From: Candidatus Limnocylindrales bacterium
Lineage (GTDB): Bacteria > Chloroflexota > Limnocylindria > Limnocylindrales > CSP1-4
DNA length: 64,000 bases
Direction: 5' to 3'
Assembly: GCA_038239115.1 (NCBI GenBank)
Contig: JBBSFD010000003.1
Coordinates: forward strand, 24,402 to 88,401
Below the pieces are notes generated by a model. It worked only from the letters and a program-made list of their open reading frames with translations, was not told the DNA's origin and did no database searches. The position numbers were made by a program, and so were the translations under genes. Positions 1 to 8,831 of this stretch are shown piece by piece; positions within the stretch are counted from its first letter, which is position 1; the number at the start of each line of letters is the position of its first letter.

Positions 1-369
1 ATAGGGCTGGCAGTCGAGCCTCCAGCCGCCATCGATGTGCCGACCCAAGCCACCGATCTCGATGATGCTGAAGCCGAGCAGACCCTCACCCGAGCCGCCG
101 ACCTCGGTTGGCTTCGAGACGTTCAAGCTCGCGGTGCCGTCGATCGCCTCGCTCGTGCTCCAGGTCGTCCGCGGCAGGGTCAATTGAAGCTCGAAGGGAC
201 CCTCGGTAGCCGTGGCTTGGACGATTGCGGTGCTCGAAGCGGCCGCCGATCCAATCGGCCGCAAGCCTGATCCCACGCAGGCCGCCGTCAGAAGGCACAA
301 GATCGCCCCGAGCAGGAGGATTCCAGGCCCGCTTCCACGCACTTGACGACGAGTCCGCGTGCCGATCAC
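1..369 (-). CDS. Putative lipoprotein, partial (3' end beyond window start). GTG start at 369-367. Lipobox L-T-A-A-C after a basic n-region (MIGTRTRRQVRGSGPGILLLGAILCLLTAAC).
   Basis: Manual translation of a minus-strand frame absent from the ORF track; it has no stop before position 1. Classic lipoprotein signal peptide. GC3 bias is weaker than in neighbouring genes, so confidence is modest. Confidence 0.35.
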   Translation of the reverse strand, partial: MIGTRTRRQVRGSGPGILLLGAILCLLTAACVGSGLRPIGSAAASSTAIVQATATEGPFELQLTLPRTTWSTSEAIDGTASLNVSKPTEVGGSGEGLLGFSIIEIGGLGRHIDGGWRLDCQPY

Positions 370-387
370 CCGACGACGGTAGCAGCC

Positions 388-729
388 TCAAGTGCCGCCC
401 TCGGGCGTTGGCCGTGAGCGGATCGTGCGAGCCAGGATCGGCACGATCAAGGCGCACCCAAGGACGAGTGGCACGATGCCCACGGCGAGCCAGAAGCCGA
501 GGTTGTCGGTCGCCCCCTCGGAACCGAACTGCCCCGCCATCAGGAAGGACCAGAACGCACCGAAGCCCGTGAGTAGGCCAGACAGTGCTACGAGGCGATG
601 GTCGGCGCGAAGGATTACCACAAACCCCAGCACCAGGGTCCCCAAAGCACCAATCAAGCCGAAGCTGGTCAAGAGGACCGCAGCCACGCCCAAGACTGCC
701 GTGGAGATCCAGAGGAGCCGCCTGCTCAT
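388..729 (-). CDS. Small integral membrane protein (3-4 TM), hypothetical
   Basis: C-terminal 113 aa of ORF 388..1065 from MSRRLLWISTAVLGVAAVLL. Hydrophobic helices. Stop/start abuts the upstream membrane ORF. Confidence 0.5.
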   Translation of the reverse strand: MSRRLLWISTAVLGVAAVLLTSFGLIGALGTLVLGFVVILRADHRLVALSGLLTGFGAFWSFLMAGQFGSEGATDNLGFWLAVGIVPLVLGCALIVPILARTIRSRPTPEGGT

Positions 730-1076
730 TGCGATCCTGCTAACCGACGGGCGAAGACGAGCACTCCGAGCAGGACGCCAGCTGCAGCGAATCCTCCCGC
801 GACGAGCACAAACGGAGCCAAGTCCAGTGAACTGCACGTCTCGAAATATCCCGGCCCGCTGACCGTGGTGCAGCGCAAGTTCGCCACCAGAAGGAGGCCC
901 GCCTGGCCCGCTCCGACTCCCACGAGCAGACCACTCGTCGCGACCCTCTTCGAACCAGAGCGGAGAGCCCACAAGCCAGCCGGTAGGACGAGAAGGATCG
1001 CCAGTACGCCCGCCTCGAGGCTGAACGCGCCAATGAAGACCCCGAGGGCTGTCCCGAGGAGCCAAGTCGTGCCCAT
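726..1076 (-). CDS. Small integral membrane protein, hypothetical
   Basis: ORF 726..1088, start taken at MGTTWLLGTALGVFIGAF. Three predicted TM helices. Tandem with 388..729 and downstream of a LuxR-type gene on the same strand. Confidence 0.5.
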   Translation of the reverse strand: MGTTWLLGTALGVFIGAFSLEAGVLAILLVLPAGLWALRSGSKRVATSGLLVGVGAGQAGLLLVANLRCTTVSGPGYFETCSSLDLAPFVLVAGGFAAAGVLLGVLVFARRLAGSQ

Positions 1077-1316
1077 CGACGACCGCAAAGCGCTCAGATC
1101 GCGGACGAGAGTTGCGTGACGGCTGCGAACGCTGCGACCGGTGGCACGAGAAATGGCAGAACGACGACTCGCCGGACTCGATCCAACGCGGGTGGCCGAA
1201 ACGTGCTATTCACAGATAGCACAATGACCACCGCGAGCGGCGATGTCAATCCCGATCGCGTTACCGCCGGATGCCGACTACCCGCTGAGACCCACGTAGT
1301 CCGATGAGCGTGTCGT

Positions 1317-1583
1317 TCAAGCCGCGACAGTCAAAGGCTCCAGGGCGGGCACGGACAGCCAGCCGGCGGCGCGGCCGAGGTAGATCAGCTCCTCGGTCGA
1401 TAGTCCGAATCGGGCCCGGAGGTCTGCGAGGTGGCGCTTTGCGGTGCTTGGGCTGACAGCGAGCAGAGCTGCGGCACCAGGAACGGAGCCACCAGCGGTC
1501 AGATAGGCAGCAAGGGTCTCGCGCTGACGCGGCGTCGCGACTGGTAACCTCGCCGCTATCGACGGCCGGGAGCCCTCCTTCAT
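1317..1583 (-). CDS. LuxR/GerE-family HTH transcriptional regulator (small)
   Basis: ETLAAYLTAGGSVPGAAALLAVSPSTAKRHLADLRARFG matches the LuxR C-terminal HTH signature. Possibly co-transcribed with the two membrane protein genes downstream. Confidence 0.6.
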   Translation of the reverse strand: MKEGSRPSIAARLPVATPRQRETLAAYLTAGGSVPGAAALLAVSPSTAKRHLADLRARFGLSTEELIYLGRAAGWLSVPALEPLTVAA

Positions 1584-1788
1584 GCGACGTACCACGCGAG
1601 CGGGTCATAAGACGCAAGGCCGGTCCCCAAATCCCCTTGGGGGCACTCCGCAAGGTGCTCGAGCCAACGAGGGTGCCTGCGGTCGTGAGGCGACGGATCG
1701 CAAGAGCCCTGGCCAGGCCTGATCAGGGACCGGCCAAGCGTTCGACGACCGGGGCATGATTGGGCCAGCAACTTGATGGCTGGAGGCC

Positions 1789-2202
1789 TTGGACATGCCG
1801 ACCGTGAGTGTTCGCTACATCGTCAACGACATCGACGCAGCGATCTCCTTCTATTGCGATCGCCTGGGCTTTCATGAAGAGATGCATCCCAACGCGTTCT
1901 TCGCGATGCTGGCCCGGGACGACCTGCGGCTCGTCCTCAGCCGGCCCGGTGGTGGGGCCGGCGGCGGCCAGGCGGCGCCCGATGGCCGGCTCCCTGAGCC
2001 TGGCGGCTGGAACCGCTTCTCGCTCGAGCTGACCGACCTCGACGCCTTTGCCGCCACGCTTCGAGCCGACGGGGTCGCGTTCCGCACGGACATCATCGTC
2101 GGCGTCGGTGGCAAGCAGCTCGTGATGGAGGACCCGTCGGGCAACCCGGTCGAGCTGTTCGAGCCGACGATCGACGAGGCCAGGCTGACGGGCCGCTCCT
2201 AG
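1789..2202 (+). CDS. VOC/glyoxalase-bleomycin resistance family protein
   Basis: VRYIVNDIDAAISFYCDRLGFHEE and the C-terminal VELFEP motif are typical of the vicinal oxygen chelate fold. About 137 aa. Confidence 0.8.
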   Translation: MDMPTVSVRYIVNDIDAAISFYCDRLGFHEEMHPNAFFAMLARDDLRLVLSRPGGGAGGGQAAPDGRLPEPGGWNRFSLELTDLDAFAATLRADGVAFRTDIIVGVGGKQLVMEDPSGNPVELFEPTIDEARLTGRS

Positions 2203-3128
2203 GTGGCCAAGGTAGGGGACCGACCGGGGTCCTTCTGGACGCGCACGCTGGGCAGCACCTCGTTCACGAAACGATCGAGCTCCTCGACCGTCTCGAAGTT
2301 CAGGGCGATGTGCTTCACCCCGACGTCGACCAGGAGCTCAATCTCGCGAATGACGTCGGAGGGAGTCGGGCCGGCGACCCCGAACACCTGGCCGGGGTAG
2401 AAGTCATGCTCGTAGGAGGCCCGGAAGCCGGTCGGATCCGCCGGCAGTGAGACGGTCAGCTCACAGGCCAGGTGGATCTCCTCGAACGGGCGGCCAATGG
2501 CCGCGCACTCGGCTCGCAGCCGTTCGAAGGGCGCCCGATAGGTGGCATCCCAGGGACCGTCCCAGATCCACCAATCGGCCAGCCGGGCGACGACCTTGAG
2601 GGCTTTCGGCCCATTGGTCCCGACCAGGATCGGGATCGGCGGATCGGGCCGTTCGCAGTACGCCTGGTCAAGGTGATACCACTCGCCCGCGTAGCTCGCG
2701 GGTGAGCTTGACCAGAGCGCCTTGAGCAGCTCGATCGCTTCGGCGAGCTGGGCGACGCGGGTCCCGCCGCTCGGGTAGTCGAAGTCGAACGCCCGATACT
2801 CCTCCTCCAGCCAGCCGGCACCGAGGCCCACGATCAGACGGCCCCCGGACAGCTTCTGGAGGGTCTGGGCCATCACCCCGAGCAGGCCGGGATTGCGATA
2901 GCTCTGGCTCATGACCAGGCTGCCCACCCGGAGCTTCGGGAACGTCGCGGCCAGCCAGGTGAGCTGGGTCCAGCATTCCGAGGCGGGATCGCCGTCGACC
3001 TGGAGGTGGTCCGACAGCCAGGCCGTCGAGAACACATCGGGCAAGCCGTCGAGGACGGTGTGCGCGTGGCTGATCCAGTCGACCCCATCGGGCTGGGCCG
3101 GGAAACCGTGCAGTCCAAGGTCGGTCAT
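2199..3128 (-). CDS. LLM-class F420-dependent (luciferase-like) oxidoreductase
   Basis: ORF 2199..3260 with ATG at 3128 (MTDLGLHG). Motifs LIVGLGAGW, EEYRAFDFDY and ILVGTNGPKAL are typical of luciferase-like monooxygenase family TIM barrels. Confidence 0.85.
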   Translation of the reverse strand: MTDLGLHGFPAQPDGVDWISHAHTVLDGLPDVFSTAWLSDHLQVDGDPASECWTQLTWLAATFPKLRVGSLVMSQSYRNPGLLGVMAQTLQKLSGGRLIVGLGAGWLEEEYRAFDFDYPSGGTRVAQLAEAIELLKALWSSSPASYAGEWYHLDQAYCERPDPPIPILVGTNGPKALKVVARLADWWIWDGPWDATYRAPFERLRAECAAIGRPFEEIHLACELTVSLPADPTGFRASYEHDFYPGQVFGVAGPTPSDVIREIELLVDVGVKHIALNFETVEELDRFVNEVLPSVRVQKDPGRSPTLAT

Positions 3129-3240
3129 CGCTGCTCCATCGGCTGATCGGCCCATCGTAAGTCGTCGAAATGGCCGGCCGAGCGGGTTGCGCTCCGCGAC
3201 TCTTGGCGGTCGCTTGACGCCCCGACGACGCAGGCACAAT

Positions 3241-3639
3241 ATGCTAGCGATGAGTAGCACATATCTTCAGGTCTTCTTCGACGCCGATTGCGGGTTCTGC
3301 GCACACTCGGCCAGCGTGCTGCGCCGACTCGATCGGAAGCATCGGCTCTCGCTTGTGCCCCTCCAACGGGCTGCCGAGGTCGTTCCGGACGCGCCTGAAA
3401 TCCGGGCGTTGCTGGCGTCGATGCATGTCCGGGACCGGGCCGGTCGCTGGAGCGTCGGCGGGGCGGCGTGGGTGCGGATCGCCAGCGAGATCCCGCTGCT
3501 GCGACCGCTGGCGTTCCTGGCCAGGCTGCCCGGACTGCGAACCCTGGTCGAGCCGGCCTACGCCCTGGTGGCCGCCAATCGGCACCGGATCAGTCGCCTC
3601 CTGGGCGACGACGCCTGCGTGATCCCCCAGACCCGCTAA
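3241..3639 (+). CDS. DCC1-like thiol-disulfide oxidoreductase (DUF393)
   Basis: Start at ATG 3241 within ORF 2911..3639. FFDADCGFCAHSASVLRRLD is the DUF393/DCC CxxC signature. About 132 aa. Confidence 0.75.
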   Translation: MLAMSSTYLQVFFDADCGFCAHSASVLRRLDRKHRLSLVPLQRAAEVVPDAPEIRALLASMHVRDRAGRWSVGGAAWVRIASEIPLLRPLAFLARLPGLRTLVEPAYALVAANRHRISRLLGDDACVIPQTR

Positions 3640-3643
3640 GCGC

Positions 3644-4984
3644 TCACTGGCCGACGTTGGCCGGACTCAGCCAGGCCGTGGCCTGGTAGGCATCGGGCGC
3701 GCCTCGATCGCCGACGGCCACCACGAGGTCCTTCCAATGGGTGGCCGCGATCACCTCGTTGTCGAGGAACTCGGGCCCGTCCGGGGTGCGTGACCAGGTG
3801 ATGCCATCGGCTGAGGTCCAGATGGCCGCCTCGCCGTATTGCACCCCGGTGTCGATCGTGCCGGCGGCGACCACGCCGGCCGGGCCCGCGGTCACGGCAT
3901 ACATCCGGACCTGGATGCCTGGCCGCCCGAAGATCGGATTGGCCGGCACGAGCGCCCAGTTACGGCCGTCCTTCGAGGTCCAGATCCGGGCCGTGTCGCC
4001 GGCGATGTCCTCGCCCACCGCGACCAGCCCGATCGAGGGCACGGCCGCGATCGCCCGCAGTCGACCACCCTCGAACGTGGGGCTGTCGGGTACGCGGGTC
4101 CAGGTCTTGCCGTCACTCGAAGTCCAGATCACCGCCGGCCCGGGTGCGTCGGCTGGTCCGGTCTGGCCTACAGCCACGAGACCAGGCCCACCGGCGGCGA
4201 CGCCCCACACCCGCGCATTCTTGAACGAGGGTGAGTCGGTCGCCAGGTGCCAGGTCAGGCCGTCCGGCGAGTACCACATGTCGGCATCGGCCGAGAAGAA
4301 CTCGTTGCCCCGGTAGCCGCCGGCCACGAAGCCGCCCTGCCAGGCGGTGATCGAGGTCAGGCGCAGCGGGCTGGCCGAAAAGGCCGGGCTGGCGAGCTTC
4401 TGCCAGGTGCTGCCGTTGGTGGACGTCCAGGCGGTCGCGCCGTTGCCGTCGCGACCGACTGCCTCATAGCGCTGGCTGTTGGCAGCGACCGCGCTGAGCA
4501 GGGTCTGGGCCGGGAATCCACCGGTGAACTTCCAGTTCGAGCCGTCGGTCGAGAGCCAGCTGGCGCCGCTGAAGTCCTGCAGGATCCAGCCGACCGTGAC
4601 CAGCCCGGCCGGGCCGTTGGCGACGCCGGTCATCAGGGTGTCGATGGCGGGGTGACAGGGCGCGCAGCCGCGGGTGATCACGACACCGGTCTGGGCCGTC
4701 ATGAAGCCGTCCGGCTCCTCGATCCCCGTAGCCCGAATCCAGCCGCTGGTCGAGATCGGGCTGGCGGTTGGTCCGCCGCTCGCCGATGCCAGGGGACCGG
4801 GAGATGCGGACGGGTTGGCGGATGGGCTGGCCTCCGACGGAGCGCTCGTCGTGGGCCTGGCGGCGACCGGGCTGCTGGCCGGCGTCGCGGTCGGAGTCGT
4901 GCTGCCGCAGGCCGCCAGCAGGACAGCGACCGCCAGCAGCGCGCCGATTCGCGCGGTCTTCGAGCGGCGTCCAGACAGTGACAT
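3644..4984 (-). CDS. Lipoprotein with six Asp-box/BNR-like repeats (predicted beta-propeller)
   Basis: Lipobox AVLLAACG after MSLSGRRSKTARIG. Six repeats of S-x-(D/N)-G-x-(T/N)-W (STDGSNW, STNGSTW, SPDGLTW, SSDGKTW, SKDGRNW, SADGITW). Upstream TTG-initiated extension in the track is probably not used. Confidence 0.7.
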   Translation of the reverse strand: MSLSGRRSKTARIGALLAVAVLLAACGSTTPTATPASSPVAARPTTSAPSEASPSANPSASPGPLASASGGPTASPISTSGWIRATGIEEPDGFMTAQTGVVITRGCAPCHPAIDTLMTGVANGPAGLVTVGWILQDFSGASWLSTDGSNWKFTGGFPAQTLLSAVAANSQRYEAVGRDGNGATAWTSTNGSTWQKLASPAFSASPLRLTSITAWQGGFVAGGYRGNEFFSADADMWYSPDGLTWHLATDSPSFKNARVWGVAAGGPGLVAVGQTGPADAPGPAVIWTSSDGKTWTRVPDSPTFEGGRLRAIAAVPSIGLVAVGEDIAGDTARIWTSKDGRNWALVPANPIFGRPGIQVRMYAVTAGPAGVVAAGTIDTGVQYGEAAIWTSADGITWSRTPDGPEFLDNEVIAATHWKDLVVAVGDRGAPDAYQATAWLSPANVGQ

Positions 4985-5199
4985 CGCGGGACTGGGCACG
5001 TAAGCCCACCTTCGCTGGCGCTGAATGATCGACATGGGCAGTAGTGTGCCGCTTCGGCGGCTGGTTGCCGAGTGTGCACCCAGGACCGCAACAGCGCGTT
5101 TGCGGTTGTGGGTGCCCACCCAGGCAGCAGGTGACGTGGGGCGAGGGGGCGATGGATGCGGCGCCACGATGCCGATCAAACCGCGCTACGATCGCGGCG

Positions 5200-5553
5200 A
5201 TGGAGATCATGGGCGTCCGGATCACGACGATCGTCAAGGACAACATCGCGACTCGGTGTGACGGCTGCCTCGAAGTGATCGAGGGCACGCCCTGGCGGAT
5301 CAACCTGCTGGACATCGTGGCCACCGAGGTGCCGGCCAACTGGTCGGACCGGCCGGCGCTCAACCCCGGCCCGTTCCAGTTCCATGGTGACCCGGCCCAT
5401 GTCCGGCGCTGGATGGCCGCCCGCGGCCACCTGTTCTGCCGGCTCGGCACGGTTCGCGAGATCATGCGACCGGTTCCGATCCCGGGCGAGGAGCCGCGTT
5501 GGGGCCTGTGCGATGGGATCCATCGCGAGGCCCACGAGTTCGTGCCTGCCTGA
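5200..5553 (+). CDS. Hypothetical protein (about 117 aa)
   Basis: Internal ATG of ORF 5044..5553 (MEIMGVRITTIVKDN...). Very high GC3 with preferred codons (atc, aac, gac, ttc, cag) and normal amino-acid composition support real coding. Contains a CDGC motif. No recognisable family. Confidence 0.55.
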   Translation: MEIMGVRITTIVKDNIATRCDGCLEVIEGTPWRINLLDIVATEVPANWSDRPALNPGPFQFHGDPAHVRRWMAARGHLFCRLGTVREIMRPVPIPGEEPRWGLCDGIHREAHEFVPA

Positions 5554-5565
5554 CCCGGCGCCCCG

Positions 5566-6615
5566 ATGAGCGTCGCGCTGCCGGCCGCCACCTCGATCCT
5601 GGCGTTCCTGTTCGGCATCGCCGTATTCGACCAGTGGCGGACCCGCCGGCGCGCCTATCAGCTGATCTGGGCGATCGGCATGCTCTTCTTCGGAATCGCC
5701 TCCGGCTGCGAGGCCCTGGCCGCGGCCTCCGGCTGGAATGAAGCCCTGTACCGGACCTGGTACCTCACCGGGGCGGTCTGGACGGCCGGCTGGCTGGGCC
5801 TGGGCAATGCCTTCCTGCTCGGCCGGACGCGCTTCGGCTACACCTTTGCGGCCTGCCTCTTCCTGGCCGGCCTGTTCACGTTCCTGACCGAGGCGAAGTA
5901 CCAATACCCGGGGGCAAGCATCGCCCCGATCCTGTACCTGATCAGCGCGATCGTGCTGGCCGTGGCGATCGGGATCGAGACCTATTTCCAGAATGATCGC
6001 TGGCCGTACATGGCGGCCCACGCCGTGGTCGGGGCAACCGTGCTGTCCATTGTGCTGATGGCCACGACCACCCTGCCGGCGCCCGGCTACCAGCTCGACC
6101 CCGCCACCAATGTCCCGGTCGGCGACCTCTTCCCGGGCACCCTCCGCTTGCTCACCCCGTTCCTCAACATCACGGGGGCCTTAGCCCTGATCCTCGGCGC
6201 GGTCTTCTCGACCTACATGTTCATGCCCAAGAAGCGCGTGCTGAGCTACTCGCTCGATCCGAATCAGCCGGGGGACGAGTTCCTGTTCAACCTGCTCATC
6301 GCCCCGGTCGCGATCGCGGTCAACTTCGGGGCCTCCCTGCCCGGCGCGATCCAGGCCCTGGCCCACGGCCGGATCCACTCCCGGGCCCCGGCCACCGCGC
6401 TGATCGCCCTGGGCGCGTTCATCCCATCGATCACCGACGGCCTGAACCGGTTCGGTTCGACCGAGTTCTTCGAATTCGGCAAGTTCCTGGGCGTGGTCTT
6501 CCTGTTCATCGGCTTCCTCGTCTCGATCGAGGTCTTCTCGGAGATCCGGATCCCGTTCACCCGGAAACGGATCGGTGGCCCGCGGGTCGAGCGGGTCGAG
6601 CGGCCGGCCGACTGA
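5566..6615 (+). CDS. Polytopic integral membrane protein (about 10 TM), unknown function
   Basis: 349-aa ORF with many hydrophobic helices and aromatic-rich loops. Stop TGA at 6613-6615 directly precedes the EamA gene frame. Confidence 0.6.
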   Translation: MSVALPAATSILAFLFGIAVFDQWRTRRRAYQLIWAIGMLFFGIASGCEALAAASGWNEALYRTWYLTGAVWTAGWLGLGNAFLLGRTRFGYTFAACLFLAGLFTFLTEAKYQYPGASIAPILYLISAIVLAVAIGIETYFQNDRWPYMAAHAVVGATVLSIVLMATTTLPAPGYQLDPATNVPVGDLFPGTLRLLTPFLNITGALALILGAVFSTYMFMPKKRVLSYSLDPNQPGDEFLFNLLIAPVAIAVNFGASLPGAIQALAHGRIHSRAPATALIALGAFIPSITDGLNRFGSTEFFEFGKFLGVVFLFIGFLVSIEVFSEIRIPFTRKRIGGPRVERVERPAD

Positions 6616-6731
6616 CCGGGACGCCGCCGGCCCCGGCTCGGAGCGCCCTGTTCGGCACGCTCGCGATCGTCGTCGCCGCGATCTGCTTCGGCACGCTCGG
6701 ACCCCTGTCCCGACTGGCCTACGACGCGGGC

Positions 6732-7592
6732 ATGACCCCGCTCGGCTTCGCTACCTGGCGGGCCGTCTTCGGGGCGAGCCTGCTGACCGTGGTCGTGCTC
6801 GCGATGACCCGTCGCTGGCAGCCCCTCATCCACCCGCGCGATGTGCCGAACCGGGCCCGGCTGTCGCTGGCGGTGGCAGCGGCCGCCGGGATCATCCTCA
6901 ACCTGGGCGTGTTCATCGCCTTCGGCCGGATCACGGTCGCCCTGGCCCTGCTGGCGTTCTACACCTACCCGGCCTTCGTGGCGGCCGTGGCCATCATCCT
7001 GGAGCACCGCCGGCCGGAGCGGATCGAGCTGCTCGCCCTGGCCCTTGCCCTGGCCGGGATGGTCCTGGTCGTGGCCGGCCAGCTCGACCCCGCAGCCGGC
7101 CTGGTGGTCGATGGCCTGGGCCTGGCCCTGGCCCTGCTGGCGGCCGTTGCCCAGACCGTCTACATCACCTCCAGCCGGGGCTACGCGGTCGTGCCGACCG
7201 AACAGGCCGCGACCGTCCTGCTCTGGATCGCCGGGCTGGCCTTCGTCGTGATCGCCCTGCTGACCGGATCGCTGAGCGACCTGGCCGAGCCGTTCCGCAA
7301 TCCGGCCGCCTGGCCGTACCTTCTGGTGGCCGGCCTGCTCGGGGCCGGCTTCCCGTCGCTGCTGTTCCTGGTCGCGATCCGGCTCATCGGCCCGGTCCGA
7401 ACAGGGATCCTGGCGATGCTCGAGCCGGTCACCGGGACCGTCCTCGCCGCGATCATCCTGGGCGAGACGCTCGGTCCGATCCAGATCTTCGGAGGCGCCC
7501 TGGTGATCGTTGCCGGGGTCTTCCTGCAGGCGGCGCCGAGCCGGGCCGACGGCCCTCCGACCCATCCAATCCAGGTCCCGGCCCCAGGCTGA
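6732..7592 (+). CDS. EamA/DMT-family transporter
   Basis: Two EamA repeats. The first canonical start is ATG 6732, but conserved N-terminal TM1 (ALFGTLAIVVAAICFGTLGPLSRLAYDAG) is encoded in frame upstream (6642-6731) with no ATG/GTG/TTG, so the true start is probably non-canonical or upstream. Confidence 0.8.
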   Translation: MTPLGFATWRAVFGASLLTVVVLAMTRRWQPLIHPRDVPNRARLSLAVAAAAGIILNLGVFIAFGRITVALALLAFYTYPAFVAAVAIILEHRRPERIELLALALALAGMVLVVAGQLDPAAGLVVDGLGLALALLAAVAQTVYITSSRGYAVVPTEQAATVLLWIAGLAFVVIALLTGSLSDLAEPFRNPAAWPYLLVAGLLGAGFPSLLFLVAIRLIGPVRTGILAMLEPVTGTVLAAIILGETLGPIQIFGGALVIVAGVFLQAAPSRADGPPTHPIQVPAPG

Positions 7593-7647
7593 AACGGGGC
7601 CGGCGGTATACTGGCCGGGCCGACCAACCCACGTCCTGCGAGGTTCG

Positions 7648-8526
7648 ATGCGAGTCCGAAAGGCGGTCCTGCCCGCCGCCGGTTGGGGAACCCGTTTCCT
7701 GCCGGCAACGAAGGCTCAGCCGAAGGAAATGCTGCCGCTCGTCGACAAGCCCGTGATCCAGTACGCGGTCGAAGAGGCTGTCGCGGCCGGCATCGAGCAG
7801 GTGATCATCGTCACCTCCAGCCAGAAGCGGGCGATCGAGGACCACTTCGACGTCAGCTACGAGCTGGAGCACCTGCTCGAAGAGCGGGGCGACGTGGAGA
7901 TGCTCCGCCGGATCCGCCACATCAGCGACCTCGCCCAGGTCGCCTACGTCCGCCAGAAGGAGCAGCTCGGCCTGGGCCACGCGGTATTGATGGCCAAGGA
8001 GCTGGTCGGGCACGAGCCCTTCGCGGTGATCCTGTCGGACGACGTCGTAGTCGGCGAGCGGCCCTGCATCGGCCAGCTGATCCATGCCTACAACGAGACC
8101 CACTCGTCGGTCGTGGCGGTGATGGAGGTGCCCCACCAGGACACCAGCCGGTATGGCGTGATCGATTCTGAACCCGCCGGCAATGAGCTCGACCACGGCC
8201 GCCTGTATCGGGTGAAGGGCCTGGTCGAGAAGCCCGATCCCGATGACGCCCCGTCCGACCTGGCGATCATCGGCCGCTACGTCCTGACCCCCAAGATCTT
8301 CGACAAGCTCGAACAGACCCAGCGCGGCGCCGGCGGCGAGATCCAGCTGACCGATGCGATCGAGGCGCTGATGCAGGAGCAGGAGGTCTACGCCTACGCC
8401 TTCGAAGGCACGCGCTACGACGCGGGCACGACGATGGGCTGGCTGAAGGCCTCGGTCGAGCTGGCCCTCCAGCGCCCGGACCTCTCGGCCGAGTTCCGCG
8501 ACTACCTGCGGAGCGTGCCGCTCTAG
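7648..8526 (+). CDS. galU: UTP--glucose-1-phosphate uridylyltransferase
   Basis: ATG 7648 within ORF 7510..8526. KAVLPAAGWGTRFLPATKAQPKEMLPLVDKPVIQY and LGLGHAV are GalU signatures. Confidence 0.9.
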   Translation: MRVRKAVLPAAGWGTRFLPATKAQPKEMLPLVDKPVIQYAVEEAVAAGIEQVIIVTSSQKRAIEDHFDVSYELEHLLEERGDVEMLRRIRHISDLAQVAYVRQKEQLGLGHAVLMAKELVGHEPFAVILSDDVVVGERPCIGQLIHAYNETHSSVVAVMEVPHQDTSRYGVIDSEPAGNELDHGRLYRVKGLVEKPDPDDAPSDLAIIGRYVLTPKIFDKLEQTQRGAGGEIQLTDAIEALMQEQEVYAYAFEGTRYDAGTTMGWLKASVELALQRPDLSAEFRDYLRSVPL

Positions 8527-8831
8527 GAGCCGGTTCGAGCGTCCGGCGAAGAGCACGGCCCTTGGCCCGGGACCTGGCCATCCCGATCTCGCCGGATGTG
8601 CACAAATCGCTGGAATAGGCTGCGGATCTGATCGTTTGATGTTCTGAGTACACAAGGCGACGAGCGCGCCAACAAGCCCGGGCCAAGGAACGTCGCGGAG
8701 GCACTGCGACCCCGCGCCACGCCCGCCGAACGTCACGACACCTCCCCGGCGGGCGTCCTTCCGTGGGGTACGATGCCCGCCGGGCGTCGGCGTGCCCAGA
8801 ATCATCGTGGCGCAACACGAAAGGGAGTCTC

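Noticed and set aside
86-572. ORFs 86..457 (-) and 225..572 (+) at the window start
   Set aside because: Low-complexity Arg/Pro/Ser-rich translations with no motifs. A different minus frame gives a lipoprotein signal peptide and is the one reported.
6264-8805. Minus-strand ORFs of 433 aa and 450 aa across the EamA, galU and kinase region
   Set aside because: Antisense to confidently identified genes. Low-complexity Arg/Gly/Asp-rich translations.
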